Assembly: GCA_016199985.1 (NCBI GenBank)
Contig: JACQFQ010000065.1
Location: 39,482-103,481 of the forward strand
Direction: 5' to 3'
Origin: Verrucomicrobiota bacterium
Lineage (GTDB): Bacteria > Verrucomicrobiota > Verrucomicrobiia > Limisphaerales > UBA11320
Length of the DNA stretch: 64,000 bases
The notes beneath the pieces were generated by a model. It was not told where the DNA came from. It was given only the letters and a program-made list of their open reading frames with translations, and searched no databases. The position numbers and the translations under genes were made by a program. Of this stretch, positions 1-8,231 are shown piece after piece (within the stretch, counting starts at the first letter, position 1; every line of letters begins with the position of its first letter).

Positions 1-624
1 CGAAACGCCGCCCGCGATCGCGAGGTCGCACTGATAGGTGAGCAAGGATTGATGCGCGAGCGTCACGGCGACTAGGGAGCTCGAGCAGGCGGTGTTGACG
101 CTGATCGCGGGCCCGCGCAACCCCAGCTTGTACGCCACCCGAGTCGCGAGATAATCCTTGTCGTTCCCGAGCGTCGCCTGGTCGTGGCCCACCAGGTCCA
201 AAAGGTCCGGACGCGCCCGCAATACGTGCGAAAAGTAGGTGTTGGAGGACGCGCCCGCGAACACTCCCACGGCTCCGGCAAACCGTCCCGAGGCGTATCC
301 GGCGTCCTCCAAAACCTGCCACGCCGACTCGAGGAACACGCGCTGCTGCGGGTCCATCACCTCGGCTTCCCGAGGCTGGATTCCAAAGAACGCCGCGTCG
401 AACCATTCGGCGTCCCGTAAAATGCCCCTCGCCGGAACATAATCGCCCGCGCGACGAAGAGCCTCGGGATCGAGGCCTTCGGAGCGAAGCTCCTCGTCCG
501 TGAAGAACGAGACGCAGTCCCGCGCCGCGATCAGGTTCGCCCAGAACTCAGAAACGGAGCCCGCGCCGGGGAAACGGCCGCTGAGGCCGATGATCGCTAC
601 TCCTTCATGGATGGGACTCTCCAT
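1..624 (-). CDS. Type I polyketide synthase, N-terminal ketosynthase (KS) domain; partial, continues beyond the left window edge
   Basis: Not in the ORF track because it runs off the edge. The minus-strand frame from ATG at 624-622 reads MESPIHEGVAIIGLSGRFPGAGSVSEFWANL...MDPQQRVFLESAW...GPAISVNTACSSSLVAV...AIAGGVS with no stop down to nt 1. This is the typical KS N-terminal half, including the active-site Cys motif TACSSS. The start lies 4 nt after the stop of the upstream NRPS gene. Confidence 0.85.
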   Translation of the reverse strand, partial: MESPIHEGVAIIGLSGRFPGAGSVSEFWANLIAARDCVSFFTDEELRSEGLDPEALRRAGDYVPARGILRDAEWFDAAFFGIQPREAEVMDPQQRVFLESAWQVLEDAGYASGRFAGAVGVFAGASSNTYFSHVLRARPDLLDLVGHDQATLGNDKDYLATRVAYKLGLRGPAISVNTACSSSLVAVTLAHQSLLTYQCDLAIAGGVS

Positions 625-628
625 GGAA

Positions 629-3600
629 TCAAGCGTGCTCCCGGTTGGAACGAAAACGCCGAGTCGCCTCGCGCTGCCGCTTCGCGCGGTTGGCCGACGC
701 GGCCGACGCCGCGGAATCGGGCGAGGAACCCGCGCCTCCCGAGGCCGTCGACGCCAGGTGTCGGGACAAGCCCCTGATCGTGGGATGATGAAACAGCGTC
801 ACCAGCGGAAAATCCAACCCCAGCTCCCCGCGCAGCCGGTGATGCAGCCGGACCATCAGAATCGAATGCGCGCCCAGGTCGAAGAAATTATCCTCAACGC
901 CGATGTTCTCGACCTTCAGCAGCTCCTGGCAAATTCGAGCGATCAATTGCTCGTTCTCGGTCGAGGGCCGCGCCATGCCCGCGGCGCGCTCCAATCTCTG
1001 AATCCCCGGCCGCGGCAGGGCGGCGCGATCGACCTTTCCGTTGTTCGTGAGCGGGACCCGCTCGAGAAACACAAACGCCGAGGGCGTCATGTAGTCGGGA
1101 AGCTGCCTCCGCAGATGCTCGCGGAGGTCCGCAGCTGTCGGAGGTTCGCCCTGCGCGGCCACGTAAGCGGCCAACCGTTTCTCGCCCGGTTCATCCTCCC
1201 GCGCGAGCACCACCGCTTCGCGCACCGCGGGATGCTGGCACAGCACGGACTCGATCTCGCCCAGCTCGATCCGAAATCCGCGGATCTTCACCTGTTGATC
1301 CATTCGGCCCAGATACTCCACATCCCCGCCGACGAGGAAGCGCGCCTGATCGCCCGTTCGATAGAGCCGTCCTCCGGCAGCCCCTTTCCACGGATGCGGA
1401 ACAAAACGCTCCGCGGTCAGCGCGTCGCGCCTCAGATATCCGCGCGCCACCCCATCGCCGCCGACGTAAATCTCGCCCGGCACACCGATCGGCGAAGGAT
1501 TCCCATGCGCGTCGAGGATATGGAACTCCAGATCCGGAATCGGGACGCCGATCACGCTGGGCTTCTCAACATCGGCCATGGAGAGCGGTCGATACGTGAC
1601 ATGCACCGTCGTCTCGGTGATGCCATACATGTTGATCAGCCGCGGCGTCTGGTCGCCGCGCCGTTCAAACCAGGGCTTCAGGCTCCGCATCTCCAGGGCT
1701 TCCCCGCCAAACACGACATATCGCAAGGCCATCGGCTTCGGTCCAGCCAGCCCATCCACGTGGATCAATTGCCTGAACGCCGAGGGAGTCTGGTTCAACA
1801 CCGTCACCCGCTCGCGGACGAGCAGCTCATGGAACATCTCGGGGGAACGGGAGGTCATGTAGGGAACCACCACCAGCCGTCCGCCATAAAGCAACGCGCC
1901 CCAGATCTCCCAGACGCTGAAATCGAAAGCGGCCGAGTGGAACAGCGTCCACACATCGTCGGCGTTGAACCCGAACCAGGACTCCGTCGCGCGCATGAGC
2001 CGCGCGACATTCCGATGCGTCACCATGCATCCCTTCGGCTTGCCGGTGGACCCCGAGGTGTAGATCACGTAAGCCAGATGCTCGGGGGCGACCCGGACAT
2101 CGGGCCCCACATCCCCCGCGCGCCCCGAACACTCGACGTCTTCCACAAACACCACCGTTGTGTTCGCGGGCAGCGGCGGCAGCGAGGCCGCCAGCGATCG
2201 TTGCGTCAGCAGCACCGGCGCCCGCGCGTCCTCGATAATGAAACCCAGTCGTTCCGCGGGGTAACTCAGGTCGATCGGCAGGTAGCCTCCGCCCGCCTTC
2301 AACACAGCCAAAAGCGAAACCACCAGATCGTTCGTCCTCTCCACACAAAGCCCCACCAGCTTGTCCGGACCGATCCCCAGCTCCGCCAATCGATGCGCCA
2401 GCGCGTTCGCTCGTCGATTGAGCCCTTCATAGCTGAGGCTCTCGCGTTCGTCGCTCAGAGCGACGGCTTGCGGCGTTCGCCTGACCTGTCTCTCGAACAG
2501 CTCGTGCAGGCACATCGCCTCGGGATACGACGCCCGGGGATGGCTGAAGCCCGCGTCCAGCATCCGCCTCTCGGACTCCGACAGCATCGGCAGCCGTCCC
2601 AACGCCGCCTCGGGCGTTCGACAACCCGCGGACAGAAGGTTCTCAAAATGCTCCAAAATACGCGCCGCCGTGGCGGGGCAGAACAAGCTCGTGTTGTACT
2701 CCAAACCCAACGCATAGCCCTCCGGTCCGGGCGTCACCTCGAGCACCAGGTCGAACTTCGCGCCGCCATTGTGGGCGCGAAGAGGTTCGGTTTTCAGTCC
2801 TTCAATCGACAATCCGATCGCCGGAGTGTTTTGGAACACCAGCATCACCTGAAACAAGGGCGTGCGGCTCAAATCGCGACCCAGTTGAAGCGCCTCCACC
2901 AGCTGTTCGAAGGGCAGCCCCTCGTGAGCCAGCGCCTCCATCGCCGTCAGGCGAACGCGTCGGACCTGATCGCGGAACGCCGTCTCGCCGGCGACCTCGT
3001 TGCGCACAACGACGGTGTTCACAAAGCATCCCGCCAACTCCTCAAACACGGGATGCGAACGGCCCCACACAGGCGTCCCCACGAGAACATCGGTCTGGCC
3101 GGTGTAGCGATGCAGCAACGCCTGGAAGGTCGCCATCAACACGGCAAACGGAGTCGCTCGCTCGGTCCGCGCCAACGTTTCGACGCTTGCCCGCGTTGAG
3201 GCCGGAACAGTCCGGAACTCCAGCGCGCCTTCGTAGCTCAGCACGGCGGGACGCGGCTTGTCGGTGGGCAGTTCGAGGGACCCCGGGGGGTTCGCCAGCT
3301 GGCGGAGCCAATAGGCCAGATCCTCCGCGCAGCGCCCCGCGCCCAGGCGCTCCCGCTGCCATGCCGCGTAGTCCGAGTAGCGGCGCGTCAACGCAGTCCA
3401 TGCGGGCCTGCCCCCTTGCGCCGCGGCGACGTAGGCCTCCGACCACTCACGCAGCAACACGCTCATCGACCAGCCGTCCGCCGCCATGTGATGCGCCGTC
3501 CACAGGCAGAAATGCTCCCGATCTCCCACCGAGACCACGCGACAGCGGAGCAGCGGGGTCTGCGCCAACGAGAAAGGGGCGCGGGCCGCCTCCTTCACCC

Positions 3601-6007
3601 GTTCCATCGCGGTCTCCTCATCCGGAACCTGGACTCGATCGACGCGGCAAGCCGGCTGGCGATCCAAGCGCGCGACGCGAAGGCCTTCTCGAAATTCGAC
3701 GGCCGTTCGCAGCGGCTCGTGACGCTCCACCACCGCGGCCATGGCGCGCTCCCAGGCGCCAAAGTCCAAAAGGCCCGTGATCCGGAGCCCGACGCAGATG
3801 TTATAGGCTTCTCTGCGCGGGATGAACTCGTCGAGAAAGGCCATCCGCTCCTGCGCCAGCGACAACACCTCTTCTGCGGCGCGAGGCACGGCCTCGCGAT
3901 CGGATCCCAGGCTCGCGTCCCGAAGCAGCGCGGCAAGGCCGACGACGCAAGGCGATTGAAACAGCTGTGACAGAGACAGCCTCACACCCAGCTCAGCGCT
4001 AATCCGGGAAACGATCTGGGCCGCTTGAACAGAATCGCCGCCCAGCTCGAAAAAGTCATCCTCCACGCCAATGGGCGCCACGCGCAGCGCCTCCTCGCAC
4101 AGCGACACCAGGCGGCGCTCAAGCTCCGTTTGCGGAGCCGCGTAAGTCTCCGAGGACAAGCCCCGCTCGCGCAAAAGGGTTCTCCGCATGGCTCGTCGGA
4201 CCGCGGGCTCGGTGTCCAAGGCCTCGGCGATGGCCTGAAAATCGCAGCTCCCCGCCTGCGCGACGGAAGTTGTCGCCGCGCGTTTCCCCAGGAACACCTC
4301 CTCCACGAAGCTCGTCGAGTCGGGAGCAAACGTCAGGCGCGACGCCTCGAGCGCCGAGACCCGGAAGACCCCATCCGATCCTGCGAACGCGCCCAGCCCC
4401 CTCAGGAAGCTCGCCACGGGCTCGTTGCGATCGGTCGCGTTGAATCGGATCGCCAGGGCGTCCAGGCCGGACTCCAGGGCTTCCTTTCCCAAACGAGCGA
4501 GCATGGCGTGCTCGACGCCTTTGCCCAAGGCCCGACAGCTGAGGAGAAAACTCTCCACCACCAAGTCCCGCCCGTCGCGCTGGAACACAGCCAGCCCAAC
4601 CTCGCCATAATCTCCGAACCGATCCGTCGCGCGCGCCAGGAGCGCCGCGTGACCAGGCTGTTCGATCCAGGACTTCAGCTCGGCTGACGTTCGCCTAACC
4701 GTCGTCGTGTTGAATTGATTGGTTCGCTGGGTGAGCTGCGCGGCCCTGTCCAGGGACGTCGCCGAGAGAGGAGCGAAAGAGACCTGGAGCTGGAGGCCGG
4801 CGATAAACTCGCTGAACGAGGCGGCGCTCGCGCGCGATTGTTTGCGTTCGGCAATCTGTCGATACTGCTCGGTGCGGTCGCGGTCGGACTCGGTGGCCGG
4901 CGGCAGATCCAGCGCCCAGAAGTGCTCCAACCGCCGCGCGGCCGCGTCGGCGTCCGCTGGAATGTGAAGCACTGAAACGCCGGGACATCGCGCCTCCACC
5001 TCAGCGCACTCCACCGGGTTGTCGTCGATGAACACGAAGCTGTCGACGCCCAGATCCAATTCGGCGGCAAGCTCGCGCAGGTTCTCCGACTTCGATCGCC
5101 AGTTCACCCTCCACGCGACAAAGTCGGACCGCTTCAGCCGCATCTCCGTCCTCCCGAAGGCGGCCAGCGCGTCCGCCTCCTGATTCTTGCTGAGAAGGGC
5201 AAGCAACATCCCCGATTGTTGACGTGATTTGAGCAGTCGCTGCAGACGCAGCCGTCCCGGACCCAGGACGATGTGGGACGCGCCGCTCTCGCCCACCACG
5301 CCATCCCAGAGCGTCTGATCCGCGTCAACGGCGATGACTTTCCGCGGCGGTTGAAAAAGAGGCCGCACTCGCCGCATCAACAAGGTTCCGAGAACATTCC
5401 AGTAAGCGGTCGAGAACGGGATATGCCACTCGCGGTCGGCCTCAGCGTCCTCCACCAGATCCACGGGGTAAAGCCGAGCCAGTTCATCATGGTCGAGGAC
5501 CACCACCGCCCGCAAACCGCGCAACGAAGCGGCGAGCGACTCTGTCAGGTCTCCCAGAAACGGATCCACGGCCTTTGCAGAGCCTCCAGCGGATGAAGGC
5601 CTCGCGACAAACACCAGCGAGGCTCGAGAGGCTCGAGCCTGGAAGCTGGCGAAAGCGGCCAGCCACTCCGTCGCCGCGGCCTCGATCACACGACGGCGAT
5701 CGGACTCGGCGGCATTGCGACCCCAATCTTCAACGCGGACCAGAAACAGATTCGCCCCGGGAGTCGACGCCGCGCTGTCGTTCCCAGGCATCAGCAACTC
5801 CTGGATGAGGTGATTGTAGGGGGAAAACGAGATAGTGGCATCGGGCCAACCGAGGCGCCGCGACCAGAACTCCAGGGACGGACGAAGGGGCTCCGCCGTG
5901 AAGTTGGCGGATACTCGAAAATAGAACGCCAACCCCGAACGATCCAAGCGATTTTGCGGCTCGGAACGAACCAGGTCGTCGATGGATCGGTGATCAGCAG
6001 CGGGCAT
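629..6007 (-). CDS. Non-ribosomal peptide synthetase loading/first module, domain order FkbH-like - T - C - A - T (1792 aa)
   Basis: ATG at 6007. HAD DxDxT motif VIAVDADQTLWDG and FkbH-type SCRALGKGVE. Carrier motifs FFELGGDSV and FFDLGAHSI. Condensation motif HHMAADGWS. Adenylation cores LAYVIYTSGSTGKPKG, FDFSVWE, NMYGITETTVH, YRTGD, KIRGFRIELGEIE, NGKVDR. Confidence 0.92.
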   Translation of the reverse strand: MPAADHRSIDDLVRSEPQNRLDRSGLAFYFRVSANFTAEPLRPSLEFWSRRLGWPDATISFSPYNHLIQELLMPGNDSAASTPGANLFLVRVEDWGRNAAESDRRRVIEAAATEWLAAFASFQARASRASLVFVARPSSAGGSAKAVDPFLGDLTESLAASLRGLRAVVVLDHDELARLYPVDLVEDAEADREWHIPFSTAYWNVLGTLLMRRVRPLFQPPRKVIAVDADQTLWDGVVGESGASHIVLGPGRLRLQRLLKSRQQSGMLLALLSKNQEADALAAFGRTEMRLKRSDFVAWRVNWRSKSENLRELAAELDLGVDSFVFIDDNPVECAEVEARCPGVSVLHIPADADAAARRLEHFWALDLPPATESDRDRTEQYRQIAERKQSRASAASFSEFIAGLQLQVSFAPLSATSLDRAAQLTQRTNQFNTTTVRRTSAELKSWIEQPGHAALLARATDRFGDYGEVGLAVFQRDGRDLVVESFLLSCRALGKGVEHAMLARLGKEALESGLDALAIRFNATDRNEPVASFLRGLGAFAGSDGVFRVSALEASRLTFAPDSTSFVEEVFLGKRAATTSVAQAGSCDFQAIAEALDTEPAVRRAMRRTLLRERGLSSETYAAPQTELERRLVSLCEEALRVAPIGVEDDFFELGGDSVQAAQIVSRISAELGVRLSLSQLFQSPCVVGLAALLRDASLGSDREAVPRAAEEVLSLAQERMAFLDEFIPRREAYNICVGLRITGLLDFGAWERAMAAVVERHEPLRTAVEFREGLRVARLDRQPACRVDRVQVPDEETAMERVKEAARAPFSLAQTPLLRCRVVSVGDREHFCLWTAHHMAADGWSMSVLLREWSEAYVAAAQGGRPAWTALTRRYSDYAAWQRERLGAGRCAEDLAYWLRQLANPPGSLELPTDKPRPAVLSYEGALEFRTVPASTRASVETLARTERATPFAVLMATFQALLHRYTGQTDVLVGTPVWGRSHPVFEELAGCFVNTVVVRNEVAGETAFRDQVRRVRLTAMEALAHEGLPFEQLVEALQLGRDLSRTPLFQVMLVFQNTPAIGLSIEGLKTEPLRAHNGGAKFDLVLEVTPGPEGYALGLEYNTSLFCPATAARILEHFENLLSAGCRTPEAALGRLPMLSESERRMLDAGFSHPRASYPEAMCLHELFERQVRRTPQAVALSDERESLSYEGLNRRANALAHRLAELGIGPDKLVGLCVERTNDLVVSLLAVLKAGGGYLPIDLSYPAERLGFIIEDARAPVLLTQRSLAASLPPLPANTTVVFVEDVECSGRAGDVGPDVRVAPEHLAYVIYTSGSTGKPKGCMVTHRNVARLMRATESWFGFNADDVWTLFHSAAFDFSVWEIWGALLYGGRLVVVPYMTSRSPEMFHELLVRERVTVLNQTPSAFRQLIHVDGLAGPKPMALRYVVFGGEALEMRSLKPWFERRGDQTPRLINMYGITETTVHVTYRPLSMADVEKPSVIGVPIPDLEFHILDAHGNPSPIGVPGEIYVGGDGVARGYLRRDALTAERFVPHPWKGAAGGRLYRTGDQARFLVGGDVEYLGRMDQQVKIRGFRIELGEIESVLCQHPAVREAVVLAREDEPGEKRLAAYVAAQGEPPTAADLREHLRRQLPDYMTPSAFVFLERVPLTNNGKVDRAALPRPGIQRLERAAGMARPSTENEQLIARICQELLKVENIGVEDNFFDLGAHSILMVRLHHRLRGELGLDFPLVTLFHHPTIRGLSRHLASTASGGAGSSPDSAASAASANRAKRQREATRRFRSNREHA
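758..961 (-). other. Carrier (T/PCP) domain 2 (aa ~1683-1750)
   Basis: DNFFDLGAHSILMVRL, Ser1715. Confidence 0.8.
1013..2515 (-). other. Adenylation (A) domain (aa ~1165-1665), Thr-like specificity code
   Basis: Core motifs A1-A10 are readable. The hand-extracted 10-residue code is D1362 F1363 W1366 N1405 V1432 G1434 M1460 V1468 H1469 K1658 = DFWNVGMVHK. This is 1 residue off the classical Thr code DFWNIGMVHK. Confidence 0.75.
2588..3874 (-). other. Condensation (C) domain (aa ~712-1140)
   Basis: LSLAQERMAFL (C1-like) and HHMAADGWS (HHxxxDG, aa 839-845, nt 3473-3493). Boundaries are approximate. Confidence 0.8.
3923..4135 (-). other. Carrier (T/PCP) domain 1 (aa ~625-695)
   Basis: DDFFELGGDSVQAAQI; the phosphopantetheinyl Ser659 codon is at 4031-4033. 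Confidence 0.8.
4313..5950 (-). other. FkbH-like (HAD-IIIC) domain of the NRPS (aa ~20-565)
   Basis: DADQTLW (HAD motif I, aa 228-234), FIDDNP (aa 326-331), QRTNQFN, LLSCRALGKGVE (Cys491). Boundaries are approximate. Confidence 0.75.
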
Positions 6008-6241
6008 CAGCCTAACCGTCCCGGACGCTCATGTGCGTGACTGGGCGATTTGTTGATACTGGGTTCTGCGCATGATGGCAAGCCTCCGGAAAGGGAGGCG
6101 TTGGAAACATCGGCAGATGACGGCGCGACCTAATGCCCGTCCCTGGTTTTGGACGCTGAGAAGCCCCCTTTTGACGCCCTGGGGAGCTCGCGCAAAGATC
6201 TGGGTTGAGACTCGCGATGCGATGCCGATGTCGCTCTTGGA

Positions 6242-7294
6242 ATGACGGAAGGGGCCCCACGAAGGATCTGTCTGGCAATGCTCGTCGCGGCGCTGTGCGC
6301 TTCGGCTGACGAACCCGCGCCGATTCCTGGCTCGAAGCCGTCGACGAACTCCTCCCCGGAGGCCCTGCTCGCGCGGATCGACGAAGTCCTTCGGGCCATT
6401 CCCGACACCGAGGAGCGCGCCCGCCAGTTCCCGGAAATGAAGGCGCGCTTCCTCGAATCCTATCCGCGGGATCCGTTGCGATGGCAGCTCCGGTTCATGG
6501 AGGCCATGCTGGCGGCCCAAAACGACGAGAGCGAAAAGCAAACGGCGGCGGAGGCGATCTTCAAGGAAATCCTGGACTCCCCCGAGAGCCCCGCCCCCCT
6601 GAAATCCAAGGTCAGCGGCCTGATTCTCGCGTTTCGGTACAAAACATTTCTCGAAAAGAAATGCGCGCTCAAACCGTTCCAGGAGGCGGTGGAGAGCCAC
6701 CTCAAGAGCCATCCCAACGCGGAAGGCAACGACCAATACGCGCGGTGGCTGATGGAGGCCGTCACCCCGATCGAGGCGAACGCTCGCGCCCGGAAGCTGG
6801 AGGAACTCACTCGCAGCGGCATCCCGCATCTGGCGCGCGCGGCCAAGGAGAGGCTGGAGCTGCTCGCGAGACTGGAGGATCTCCGCAAAAAGCCAATGGA
6901 GATGCGATTCACCGCCCTGGATGGACGCGAGGTGGACCTGTGCGCCCTTCGCGGCAAAGTGGTGCTGCTCGATTTCTGGGCGAGCTGGTCGTTGGAGTCT
7001 CTCGCCTTGCTCCCGAGCCGGATTGCCGCCTACTCAAAGCTCAAGGATCGCGGGTTCGAGATCGTGGGCATCTCGTTCGATGAGGACAGGCAGAGTCTTC
7101 TCGAGATGCTCGCGGCGAAACAGATCACGTGGCCGCAGTTCTTCGATGGCAAGGCGCTCCGCAATCCCATGGGCGCGCGATATGGGATCGAGGGGCTGCC
7201 GGTGTCCTGGCTGCTGGATCGGAAAGGAATGGTCGTGAACACGGATCTGGTGACGGGCCTCGAGCGGGAGGTTGAAAAACTGCTGGCCAAGTAG
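6242..7294 (+). CDS. Secreted TlpA/ResA-like thioredoxin-fold protein with a helical N-terminal domain; the CxxC active site is replaced by SxxS
   Basis: Signal-like N-terminus RRICLAMLVAALCASA. The C-terminal 130 aa match the TlpA pattern GKVVLLDFWASW...KDRGFEIVGISFDED...ITWPQFFDG...YGIEGLPVSWLLDRKG, but the motif reads WSLES instead of WCxxC. Confidence 0.75.
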   Translation: MTEGAPRRICLAMLVAALCASADEPAPIPGSKPSTNSSPEALLARIDEVLRAIPDTEERARQFPEMKARFLESYPRDPLRWQLRFMEAMLAAQNDESEKQTAAEAIFKEILDSPESPAPLKSKVSGLILAFRYKTFLEKKCALKPFQEAVESHLKSHPNAEGNDQYARWLMEAVTPIEANARARKLEELTRSGIPHLARAAKERLELLARLEDLRKKPMEMRFTALDGREVDLCALRGKVVLLDFWASWSLESLALLPSRIAAYSKLKDRGFEIVGISFDEDRQSLLEMLAAKQITWPQFFDGKALRNPMGARYGIEGLPVSWLLDRKGMVVNTDLVTGLEREVEKLLAK

Positions 7295-7324
7295 CCCCGC
7301 GGTGGGGAAGGGTCCACGCGTCAC

Positions 7325-8098
7325 ATGTCGACACCTTCGCGCCTGAGAGTTCTGGTCACCGGTTCGGCGGGCCGGCTCGGATCCGCCGCCGTGCGCGCCT
7401 TGAAAGAACGCGGCCACTTCGTTCGCGGATTGGATCAAGTCCCGACGCCCGCGGCTTCCGAATCGTGGGTGGGTTCCCTCTCCGAGCGCGACCTTCTCGC
7501 GCGAGCCACCGAGAGCATGACCGCGCTCGTTCACCTGGCCGCCGCGCCCGACGATTCGGATGAGCCCGATTTCTTCCAGCGCGTTCTGGTGCCCAGCAAC
7601 ATCCTGGGGGTCCATAACATCCTCGAAGCGGCGCGCGAAAGCGGGATTCCGCGCGTCGTCCTGGCCAGCTCAGGACAGGTGAATTGGACGCAGCAATACG
7701 ACGGCCCGTTGCCCGTCCGCGCCGCGGACCCCACAACCCCGCGACATTGGTACGCGGCCACGAAGATGTTTCTCGAGTCGGCGGGCTACAGCCTGGCCAA
7801 GAATCACAACCGATCGGTGATCGCCGCGCGGCTGGGATGGTGTCCCCGGCGCGGTCAGGCGCCCGACATCGCAAAGAGCGCCGTGGCTCAGGACCTGTAC
7901 TTCAGCCCCAAGGACGCTGGACGGTTTTTCGAGCGAGCCGTCTCGGCCGATGTGCCTGTGGGATTTCATGTGCTTTACGCCGCAAGCCTCCCCTTGCGCT
8001 CTTCGATTTTCGAACTGAAGCCCGCGATGGACCTCCTTCAATGGCAGCCGGAGGAGCGCTGGCCCACGGGGGCGGAGGACGACCTTCCGCCATGCTGA
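7325..8098 (+). CDS. NAD(P)-dependent epimerase/dehydratase family (SDR) protein
   Basis: Rossmann motif VLVTGSAGRLGSA near the N-terminus and the YAATK (YxxxK) catalytic motif. Confidence 0.8.
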   Translation: MSTPSRLRVLVTGSAGRLGSAAVRALKERGHFVRGLDQVPTPAASESWVGSLSERDLLARATESMTALVHLAAAPDDSDEPDFFQRVLVPSNILGVHNILEAARESGIPRVVLASSGQVNWTQQYDGPLPVRAADPTTPRHWYAATKMFLESAGYSLAKNHNRSVIAARLGWCPRRGQAPDIAKSAVAQDLYFSPKDAGRFFERAVSADVPVGFHVLYAASLPLRSSIFELKPAMDLLQWQPEERWPTGAEDDLPPC

Positions 8099-8231
8099 TG
8101 CATTCGTCGAGTCCGCGGCGGTCCACTCTCCGTGTCCCCCGGCTAAGAAAGCCGCGAAACACCCGCCGCTCCGCGACCTGATCCTCGTGGCCAGTGGCGC
8201 AGCTCCGACCGCGAATCCTTTTCGCCAAGGC

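Noticed and set aside
500-3199. 899-aa plus-strand ORF, and similar long ORFs antisense to real genes: 10265-12604, 12757-15435, 15585-17396, 19493-20788, 21615-24347, 27419-28741, 33022-34050, 34953-36395, 36879-38285, 38343-39644, 39262-41475, 41581-43083, 43161-44660, 45001-46173, 46890-48500, 48518-50605, 52920-54038, 54465-55484, 56696-57508, 57752-58756, 61280-62587
   Set aside because: Each lies opposite a gene with unmistakable family motifs. Their translations are Arg/Gly/Pro/His-rich low-complexity strings with no recognisable motifs, the classic stop-codon-poor antisense frames of high-GC DNA.
6171-6199. TTGACG-N17-AAAGAT upstream of the thioredoxin-like gene, considered as a sigma-70 promoter
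   Set aside because: The -10 element matches TATAAT at only 3 of 6 positions, and the promoter consensus for this lineage is unknown to me. It is not reportable as a feature.
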